Source: Gemmatimonadales bacterium (GTDB lineage Bacteria; Gemmatimonadota; Gemmatimonadetes; Palauibacterales; KS3-K002). From it: a DNA stretch of 39,016 nucleotides. The notes beneath the pieces are model-generated. The model worked only from the letters and a program-made list of their open reading frames with translations. It had not been told where the DNA came from and did no database searches. Positions 16,686 through 24,205 of this stretch are shown in pieces. Both the position numbers and the translations under genes were made by a program. The first letter of the stretch is position 1. The number at the start of each line of letters is the position of its first letter. Location: assembly GCA_050053635.1 (NCBI GenBank), contig JASFTI010000003.1, forward strand, positions 1 through 39,016, read 5' to 3'.

Positions 16686-18874
16686 GTTTGCAGACTGAGC
16701 CGTCTTCGCGCCGAGACCGCCCGTCGCCCGATTCGCGGCGCCGTGGTGTCGTGCTGGTCGGCTTGGGGGCACCCGATGGGCCCGACGTTGACTCGGTGCG
16801 CGAGTTCCTCGCGGAATGCTTCACCGACCCCTCGGTCAGCGGGTGGTCTCAGCGACTCAGGTGGCTGCAGAGGGCCCTCGGCCGCAACCGCGCCGGACGC
16901 CTGGCACCTCGGGCAGCCAACCTGTACCGCGAGCTCCGGGAGGTTCGCGGGACGTGGCCGGCCGCCGTCATGTCGGAGCAGGCGTCGGCCCTCGCCGCAG
17001 CGCTGCCCGACGGCTGGTCGGTCTACGTGGCCATGCGCTATGGCCGGCCCGCGATCGCCCAAGTCATGACTCAGGTCGAGGCGGACGGCATCGATGACCT
17101 GGTCGTCGTGCCGATGTATCCGCAGTTCAATCGTGCCACGTCCGGCACGATCCTGCGTGAGGTGCACCGCGTGCTCGGGCACACGGGGCAGCACATCAAT
17201 GTAGCCCTCCGTTCCACCTGGTACGACGACGTGGGGTACGTGAAAGCCCAGGCCCAGCTGCTCGCCGACTACGCGGGGTCACGAGGCCTGTGGCCGGATG
17301 ACACGCATCTGGCCTTCTGCGCTCACGGTCAGCCGGCCTCCAGGTCCTACAAGGGCGCCCTTTACGCGGGACAGGTGAGAAGGACCGTCAGGCTGGTCGC
17401 CGACCGCCTGGGCTGGCCGCCGGAACGGGCCTCGCTCGCCTTCCAGACCCACCCCGCCCCGGTTCGCTCACTCCGCCCCCATATCCGGGAGAGGCTGGCC
17501 GAGCTCGCCGCCGCCGGTGAGGAGAAGGTGCTGATCTGCCCGATCACCGCCGCGCTGGATGGCATGGAGACGATAGGGGAGGTCGATGTGGAGTGCCGGG
17601 AGTTGTTCGAGTCGGGCGGCGGTCAGCTCCATCTGTGCCCGGCGCTGAACGCGTACGACCCGTTTATCGCAGCCCTGAGGAATCTGGTGCTGCGCGGGCC
17701 ACGTCCGCTTACGGCCGATCGGCCGGCGCCCGTACCACTGCTGAGGCTCAAGCCCGAGTTGGAACTGTGCGACGGGGAACCCGAGTCGCTGATGATGATC
17801 GGCGTCTCGTTCGAGGGCGAAGTCGGCCCGGGTCGCGGCCCGCAGATCAGGTACAGCCATCCGCAGGCCTTTGGTAAGGTGAGAAAGACGCGCAAAGAGG
17901 TGCGTGAGTTCCTGAATGGGGTGCGGGAAGCGCCGGAAGTGAGCGAGTCGTTCGTCTGGAGTACCTGTCAGCGAATCGAGTTCTACGGATGGCTCGCCGA
18001 TCCCGGTGACCGCGCCGCACGGGAGCGTGCCGTCGAGCGGATACGCGCTCGCCTGTTCGGCGCCGAGCCTGAAGAACTCGAGGTGAACGCTCTGTTCGGC
18101 GTCGAGGCCTGGCACCATCTGATGCGCACCGCCTGCGGCCTGAATAGCGCGTTGCCAGGAGACACCGACGTGGTGGCGCAATTGCAGACGGCCTGCCGAA
18201 CCGCAGAGCGCGCCGGGACCGCGGGCCCTCGAGCGACCTGCCTGGTGAACAGCGCCATGGCGCTGTCGCGGGATGTGCGAGCCGAGACTGCATGGAGCGA
18301 CTTCAGCCACAGCTACTGTCTTGCCGCCCTGGCACGGCTCCACGAGGTGGACGGCGCCCACATGGACGAGTGTCACCACGTGGTCATCGGCGGCTCGGCT
18401 ACCTCGCGGTCGATCCTCTTCGCCCTCTCGCAGCACTTCGACGTCCCTCAGAGCCAGATGACGCTCGTCTACCGCGGGCACCACGGCCAGCTGAAGCTGC
18501 TGCGCGGCGCCATCGGCCACGGGAAACGCCTGCGTGTCCAATCGTACTCCCAGGCCAGCGTTATCCGCGCCATCGCCGATGCCGACTTCGTCTACTTCGG
18601 AGTCGACACCCAGACACCCATCCTCGATGCCGAAACCCTCAGCGGCCTAGGGGACCTCCTCCACCGCCCCCTCCGAGTCGTCGACTTCAACACACTGGGC
18701 TCCGTCGCCCGCACCGAGATCCCAGCCCCGCTCACCCTCTGGACCGCCGGGGATCTCGACCGCGCCGTGGCCGCTTTCGCCGAAACGCTGCGCTCCCGAC
18801 CCCACTTCGCAGGCGCCGTCGACCAGGCGGAGGAGTGGATCGAGAATCGCCTGCCCTCACTGGTCGGCTCGTGA
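16682..18874 (+). CDS. Fusion of ferrochelatase (HemH/CpfC-like, N-terminal) and glutamyl-tRNA reductase-like (HemA, C-terminal) domains
   Basis: HemH motifs: VVLVGLGAP, AMRYGRP, VPMYPQF, FCAHGQP, DGMETIGEVD, CPALN. HemA motifs: STCQRIEFY, HLMRTACGLNSALPGDTDVVAQ. Single uninterrupted 730-aa ORF. Confidence 0.85.
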   Translation: MSLQTEPSSRRDRPSPDSRRRGVVLVGLGAPDGPDVDSVREFLAECFTDPSVSGWSQRLRWLQRALGRNRAGRLAPRAANLYRELREVRGTWPAAVMSEQASALAAALPDGWSVYVAMRYGRPAIAQVMTQVEADGIDDLVVVPMYPQFNRATSGTILREVHRVLGHTGQHINVALRSTWYDDVGYVKAQAQLLADYAGSRGLWPDDTHLAFCAHGQPASRSYKGALYAGQVRRTVRLVADRLGWPPERASLAFQTHPAPVRSLRPHIRERLAELAAAGEEKVLICPITAALDGMETIGEVDVECRELFESGGGQLHLCPALNAYDPFIAALRNLVLRGPRPLTADRPAPVPLLRLKPELELCDGEPESLMMIGVSFEGEVGPGRGPQIRYSHPQAFGKVRKTRKEVREFLNGVREAPEVSESFVWSTCQRIEFYGWLADPGDRAARERAVERIRARLFGAEPEELEVNALFGVEAWHHLMRTACGLNSALPGDTDVVAQLQTACRTAERAGTAGPRATCLVNSAMALSRDVRAETAWSDFSHSYCLAALARLHEVDGAHMDECHHVVIGGSATSRSILFALSQHFDVPQSQMTLVYRGHHGQLKLLRGAIGHGKRLRVQSYSQASVIRAIADADFVYFGVDTQTPILDAETLSGLGDLLHRPLRVVDFNTLGSVARTEIPAPLTLWTAGDLDRAVAAFAETLRSRPHFAGAVDQAEEWIENRLPSLVGS

Positions 18875-19004
18875 ACCGGCCGCAGCCGGGGGACCGCTCC
18901 CCAAACCTCCCAAGTCAGCCCACCCGCTGTCCCGAGTCATCGCGGCGCTGAATTCGGACAACGGCGTCAACTTTACGGCCCCTCCTTGCGCGCAGCGAAT
19001 TCCC

Positions 19005-19067
19005 TTGCCACATTGCAATCGTGACAAAAATCTCGGTAGGTGCCGAGAATCGTGAAAAAAATCGCAC
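19005..19067 (+). promoter_or_regulatory. aprBA promoter region with tandem Rex-like operator boxes
   Basis: TTGCCA at 19005. Direct repeat AATCGTGA(C/A)AAAAATC at 19017 and 19048 (31-bp period), each an imperfect TCGTGA-N6-TCACGA palindrome. Confidence 0.6.
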
Positions 19068-19184
19068 AAGCCCCACCCTCCACAGCCTGACACCGCTTCC
19101 CGCTCCGGGGAGCTCCTCGGCGACGCGCGACGATCAGCCAGGAGAGATGTACACCTACTTACAAACCAACCAGGAGGCGCGGAG

Positions 19185-19652
19185 ATGCCGAGTTACGTGA
19201 TTGGGGACAAATGTGACGGCTGCAAGGCGCTCGATAAGACCGCCTGCCAGCACATTTGCCCGAACGATCTCATGGTCCTGAACAAGGACACGATGAAGGC
19301 CTACAACCAGGATCCGCAGATGTGCTGGGAATGCTACAGCTGCGTGAAGATCTGCCCGACCCAGGCGATCGAGGTCCGCGGTTACCAGGACTTCATTCCG
19401 CTGGGCGCCAGCGTGACGGCGATGCGCAGCAGCGAGGACATCATGTGGACCCTGCAGTTCCGCAGTAAGGACATCAAGCCGAAGCGCTTCAAGTTCCCGA
19501 TCCGCCGGGGCGTGGACGAAGGCAAGGCGCAGCCGTTCGATCACTATCCGACCGGCGACGACGACCTGAAGAGCCCGACGCTGATGTGCGAGCCGGCCGG
19601 TCTCAACACCGAGAAGGGGCCGGTGAAGATCGACAAGACTCTGACGCTGTAG
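19185..19652 (+). CDS. aprB: Adenylylsulfate reductase subunit beta
   Basis: MPSYV..KCDGCK....TACQHICPNDLM, CWECYSCVKICP, IEVRGYQDF and RFKFPIR. Confidence 0.97.
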   Translation: MPSYVIGDKCDGCKALDKTACQHICPNDLMVLNKDTMKAYNQDPQMCWECYSCVKICPTQAIEVRGYQDFIPLGASVTAMRSSEDIMWTLQFRSKDIKPKRFKFPIRRGVDEGKAQPFDHYPTGDDDLKSPTLMCEPAGLNTEKGPVKIDKTLTL

Positions 19653-19705
19653 TCGGGTATGCTCGAGCTCTTCAGACGACGAACAGCAAAGGGAGAGATG
19701 CAAAA

Positions 19706-21598
19706 ATGCCGGAATTCGAGACCGTAACGGTTGACACCGATCTGCTGATCTGCGGCGGCGGGATGGCCGCTTGCGGCGCGGCGGTCGAAGCGTCCTACTG
19801 GGCGAAAAAGAACGGGTTGAAAGTCACTCTTGTCGACAAGGCGGCCATGGATCGCTCGGGCGCCGTCGCCATGGGCCTATCGGCCATCAACCAGTACGTG
19901 GACCTGAACAGCGGCAACAACACGCTAAAGGACTACGTCGACTACGTCCGCAACGATCTCATGGGCATCACGCGCGAGGATCTCGTGGCCAGCATCGCGC
20001 GCCACGTGGACTCGACGGTCCACCTGTTCGAGAAGTGGGGCCTGCCCATCTGGAAAGACAAGGAAGGCAACTACGTCCACGAGGGCCGCTGGCAGTTGAT
20101 GATCAACGGCGAGTCCTACAAGGTCATCGTTGCCGAAGCCGCGAAGAACGCTTTGGCAGAGGCCGACGGCGAGTACTTCGAGCGCGTGTTCATCACGCAT
20201 CCACTGGTCGACGGCGACAAGTGCGTGGGCGCCGTCGGATTCAGCGTTAGGGAAAACAAGCTGTACGTGTTCAAGGCGAAAGCCACGCTCGTTGCCATGG
20301 GCGGCGCGGTACACGTGTTCAAGCCGCGTTCGACCGGCGAAGGCTTTGGCCGCTCCTGGTATCCGCCCTTCAATTCCGGCGCCAGCGCCTTCTTTACCAT
20401 CTACGGCGGCGCCGAGATGACCTGCCAGGAGGTCCGCTTCATCCCCGTACGCTTCAAGGACGCTTACGGTCCCGTGGGCGCCTGGTTCCTGCTCTTCAAG
20501 TCGATCGCGACCAACGCCGAGGGCGGCAACTACATGCAGGAAAACGCCGCCGAGCTCGACAAGTGGGAGCCCTACGGCAAGGTGAAGCCGCGTCCCGCCA
20601 ACATCCGCAACTGGCTGATGATGCTGGACGTGATGGACGGCAAGAGCCCCATCTACATGCAGACCGCCGACGCGATCAAGAAGATCGCCGACGAGGCACC
20701 CGATGAGAAGGCGGCGAAGAAGAAGCTGAAGGAGCTCGAGGCCGAGGCTTGGGAGGACTTCCTCGACATGACGATCTCGCAGGCGATCCTCTGGGCCGCC
20801 ACCAACGTCGAGCCCGAAAAGAAGCCTTCCGAGATCATGGCCTGTGATCCGTATTTCATCGGGTCCCACTCCGGTGCCTCCGGCGCCTGGGTCTCCGGTC
20901 CGGAAGATCTCCAGACCCCCGATACCAAAGACGAGTACTTCTGGGGCTACCCGCACATGACCACGGTCAGCGGCATGTTCGCCGCCGGCGACGCCTCGGG
21001 AGCTTCGAGCCACAAGTTCTCCTCCGGCTCACACGCCGAGGGGCGGATCGCAGCCAAGGCGGCGATCTCCTACATCGTCGACAACAACGAGGCACCCAAG
21101 GTCGACCAGGCCAAGATCGACGCCCTCAGAGCCGAGATCCTCAAGCCCCTGGCCACCTTCGAGGAGCACAGTGGAACGACCACCGACCCGGACATCAACC
21201 CCAACTACATCCGTCCTAGGCAGTTCATGTACCGCCTGCAGAAGATCATGGACGAGTACGCGGGTGGCGTGTCCAGTCAGTTCAAGACCAGTGACAAACT
21301 GCTCGAGAAGGGTATGGAGCTGCTGACCTTCTTGAAGGAGGATGCGGACAAGATGGCGGCGTCCAACCTGCACGAGCTGATGCGCTGCTGGGAGAACATC
21401 CACCGCATGTACCAGGCGGATGCCCACATGCGCTCCATCTTGTACCGGGAGGAGACCCGCTGGCCGGGTTACTACTTCCGCGCAGACAAGCCGAGCATGG
21501 ACAACAAGAACTGGCTTGCCTTCTGCAACTGCAAGTACGATAGGGATACGGGCGAGTGGACGATGATGAAGAAGCCCGTCAAGTACATCACGAGCTAG
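19706..21598 (+). CDS. aprA: Adenylylsulfate reductase subunit alpha
   Basis: GGGMAACG, RSGAVAMGLSAIN, WQLMINGESYK, RFKDAYGPVGAW, HKFSSGSHAEG and ETRWPGYYFR. Start at ATG 19706. Confidence 0.97.
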   Translation: MPEFETVTVDTDLLICGGGMAACGAAVEASYWAKKNGLKVTLVDKAAMDRSGAVAMGLSAINQYVDLNSGNNTLKDYVDYVRNDLMGITREDLVASIARHVDSTVHLFEKWGLPIWKDKEGNYVHEGRWQLMINGESYKVIVAEAAKNALAEADGEYFERVFITHPLVDGDKCVGAVGFSVRENKLYVFKAKATLVAMGGAVHVFKPRSTGEGFGRSWYPPFNSGASAFFTIYGGAEMTCQEVRFIPVRFKDAYGPVGAWFLLFKSIATNAEGGNYMQENAAELDKWEPYGKVKPRPANIRNWLMMLDVMDGKSPIYMQTADAIKKIADEAPDEKAAKKKLKELEAEAWEDFLDMTISQAILWAATNVEPEKKPSEIMACDPYFIGSHSGASGAWVSGPEDLQTPDTKDEYFWGYPHMTTVSGMFAAGDASGASSHKFSSGSHAEGRIAAKAAISYIVDNNEAPKVDQAKIDALRAEILKPLATFEEHSGTTTDPDINPNYIRPRQFMYRLQKIMDEYAGGVSSQFKTSDKLLEKGMELLTFLKEDADKMAASNLHELMRCWENIHRMYQADAHMRSILYREETRWPGYYFRADKPSMDNKNWLAFCNCKYDRDTGEWTMMKKPVKYITS

Positions 21599-21612
21599 AG
21601 GTTCATGAGCCA

Positions 21613-21652
21613 CGGGATCTTCGGGCGTCCCTCACAACGCTCGAAGGTCCCG
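21613..21652 (+). terminator. Strong stem-loop after aprA (mRNA stabiliser or partial terminator)
   Basis: cgggatcttcgggcgt / acgctcgaaggtcccg form a 16-bp stem with two G-U pairs and an 8-nt loop; no U-tract. Confidence 0.55.
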
Positions 21653-21768
21653 ACGCTCCACACTCCCAGACTCGTCCTATGTCAAGCAGCGTTTCCTTAC
21701 GCCACACCGGCAAGGTGATCGACCGCTCTATGATCGCCGCAGTAATCTCTCAACGAGCGAGGAGCCCG

Positions 21769-22050
21769 ATGGCTGGAGCGCGCACCTGTCCACATTGCGG
21801 CGACCGTCTCAAGAAGTGGCTCGTACCGGACGGCGCCACATGGACCGAAAAGTTCCTCTTCGTCTGCTTCAACGACGAATGCTCGTACTATCGGGAGGGC
21901 TGGGAGTGGATGGAGCAGCAATACGGTCAACATGCATCGTACCGATACATGGTCAATCCCACCACTGGCGCCTCGTCGATGATTCCGGTCTGGTCGGACT
22001 CCGCGACGCGGGAGATGATCGTGGAGGATGACGAAGGAGAGAGCGAATGA
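21769..22050 (+). CDS. Small zinc-ribbon-like protein
   Basis: GAGGAG RBS before ATG 21769. CPHC...VCFNDEC four-Cys pattern; stop overlaps the next start (ATGA). Confidence 0.75.
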   Translation: MAGARTCPHCGDRLKKWLVPDGATWTEKFLFVCFNDECSYYREGWEWMEQQYGQHASYRYMVNPTTGASSMIPVWSDSATREMIVEDDEGESE

Positions 22051-22943
22051 CCGACGAGCAACGTTCCCCGGCGTCCGCCGACCCCCGTGGCCCCTTGCAG
22101 GAGAAAATCCTCACCGATCAGCCGAGGCTCGGCCCGGACGACACGTTCAGCTTCGCCTGCCATCCGGGTGTCTCCTGCTTCAATAAGTGTTGCAGTGACG
22201 TGAACATCTTCCTGTCACCCTACGACGTCCTGCGCATCAAGCGACGCCTCGGCATGACATCGAGCGACTTCCTCGAGGTGTACACGCTGCTCCCCGTCCA
22301 GAAGGACATGAGGACCCCCGTCGTCGTGCTGCGCATGACCGACGATGAACTCAAAACCTGTCCGTTCTTGACCGACGGCGGCTGCGGCATCTACTCCGAC
22401 CGGCCTTGGCCCTGCCGCATGTACCCCCTTGGCCTCGCGGCCCAGAAGGACACACCCAACGGTTGGCGAGGCGACCGCTTCTACTTCCTCCTTAAGGAGG
22501 AGGGCTGTCGTGGGTTCGACGAGTCGCACCGCTGGACGGTCCGCGAGTGGCTCGACGACCAGGGGATCGATCAGTACGACGAGTGGGGTGAAGCGTACAA
22601 GGAGCTGACGCTCCACAAGTTCTTCGAGGACGGCGGTGTCCTCTCCCCCCAGAAGATGGAGATGTTGTTCACCGCCTGCTACGACCTCGACAAGTTCCGC
22701 GAGTTCGTGTTCGAGAGCACGCTGCTGCAGCGGTTCGAGGTGGATGAGGAGTTCGTCGAAGAGATGCGCTACGACGACGAGGCGCTGCTACGATTCGCGT
22801 TTCTCTGGTTGCGCTTCAGCCTCTTCGGCGAGCCGACCGTAAAAGCCAGGGCCGAAGTCGTCGATGCGTTCAAGGGTAGCCTCGATAAGAGGAAGGTATT
22901 CGGCAGCGAACCGGCCACGGCCGGCGACGAGGATAGACCATGA
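22047..22943 (+). CDS. YkgJ/CxxCxxCC family cysteine-cluster protein
   Basis: FACHPGVSCFNKCC and CPFL...GCGIYSDRPWPCRMYP; translationally coupled to qmoA. Confidence 0.85.
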   Translation: MTDEQRSPASADPRGPLQEKILTDQPRLGPDDTFSFACHPGVSCFNKCCSDVNIFLSPYDVLRIKRRLGMTSSDFLEVYTLLPVQKDMRTPVVVLRMTDDELKTCPFLTDGGCGIYSDRPWPCRMYPLGLAAQKDTPNGWRGDRFYFLLKEEGCRGFDESHRWTVREWLDDQGIDQYDEWGEAYKELTLHKFFEDGGVLSPQKMEMLFTACYDLDKFREFVFESTLLQRFEVDEEFVEEMRYDDEALLRFAFLWLRFSLFGEPTVKARAEVVDAFKGSLDKRKVFGSEPATAGDEDRP

Positions 22944-24202
22944 GCGGAAACGGAAAGCGGGGTACGGTTCTGGTGATCGGTGGCGGGATAAGCGGCATCA
23001 CCGCCGCCATCGAAACGTCCGAAGCAGGCTGCGACGTGGTGCTGGTAGAAAAGAACCCCTATTTGGGCGGCCGCGTGGCTCAACTGAGCCAGTACTTTCC
23101 CAAGCTCTGCCCACCGACCTGCGGCCTGGAGATCAACTTCCGTCGCATCCGGACCAGCCCGCGCATACGTTGTCTGACGCTATCAGAGGTCGAGCGAGTC
23201 AGCGGCGGACCCGGCAACTACAGAGCCACGATCCAGCGCACACCACGCTATGTGAACGCCAAGTGCACGGCCTGCGGCGCCTGCGTCGAGGCCTGCCCCG
23301 TCGAGCGCCCCGACGACTTCAACTGCGGCATGAGCAAGACCAAAGCGATCTATCTGCCGTTCGAGATGGCTCACCCGCTGCAGTTCGCGATCGACGGCGC
23401 CGTCTGCCCGGGCAGCGAATGCGGGAAGTGCGTGCCGGCCTGCCCCTACCAAGCCATCGACCTCGAGATGAAGCCCGAGACGATCGAGCTGGATGTCCAG
23501 TCGGTAATCTGGGCGACGGGCTGGAACCCGTTCTCCGCCGAGACCATCGAGAACCTGGGGTTCGGCACGTATCCCAACGTGATAACGAATCTCATGATGG
23601 AACGGCTGGCCTCGGGCAACGGGCCCACGGGCGGGGTAATCCAGAGGCCGTCCGACGGAAAGGAGATCGACAGCATCGCGTTCGTACAGTGCGCCGGCTC
23701 GCGTGACGAGAACTACCTCAAGCACTGCTCCGGCGTCTGCTGCCTGGGATCTCTCAAGCAGGCACGCTACGTCCGCGAACAGTACCCCGAAGCACAGATC
23801 TACATCTTCTACATAGACATCCGCGCGCCGGGCCGGCTCGAGGACTTCTTCGCCGCGACCGAGAAGGACGAGAAGCTCAGCCTGATCAAAGGCAAGGTGG
23901 CGAAGATCAGCGAGGACGCCTCTGGATACCTGGAGGTCGAGGCGGAAGACACGCTCACCGCCGAACGGGTGAAACAGAAGGTCGACCTCGTCGTTCTGGC
24001 GACCGGAATGGTACCCGCCGGCGCTGGTGATGTGCAGATGAACGGCGGTCTGCGGACCGACGAGTTCGGGTTCCTGACCAGCGAGCAGGAGCACCCGGGG
24101 CTGCTGGCCGCCGGTTGTGCCAAGCGCCCCACGGACGTGGCCACATGTGTGCGAGACGCCACCGGCGCCGCCATGAAGGCCCTCAAAAGCTGCGGGGAGT
24201 AA
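22940..24202 (+). CDS. qmoA: QmoA (HdrA-like flavoprotein)
   Basis: GGGISG, YFPKLCPPTCGLEIN, ferredoxin motifs, FVQCAGSRD, CSGVCC and YIDIR. Confidence 0.93.
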   Translation: MSGNGKRGTVLVIGGGISGITAAIETSEAGCDVVLVEKNPYLGGRVAQLSQYFPKLCPPTCGLEINFRRIRTSPRIRCLTLSEVERVSGGPGNYRATIQRTPRYVNAKCTACGACVEACPVERPDDFNCGMSKTKAIYLPFEMAHPLQFAIDGAVCPGSECGKCVPACPYQAIDLEMKPETIELDVQSVIWATGWNPFSAETIENLGFGTYPNVITNLMMERLASGNGPTGGVIQRPSDGKEIDSIAFVQCAGSRDENYLKHCSGVCCLGSLKQARYVREQYPEAQIYIFYIDIRAPGRLEDFFAATEKDEKLSLIKGKVAKISEDASGYLEVEAEDTLTAERVKQKVDLVVLATGMVPAGAGDVQMNGGLRTDEFGFLTSEQEHPGLLAAGCAKRPTDVATCVRDATGAAMKALKSCGE

Positions 24203-24205
24203 AGG

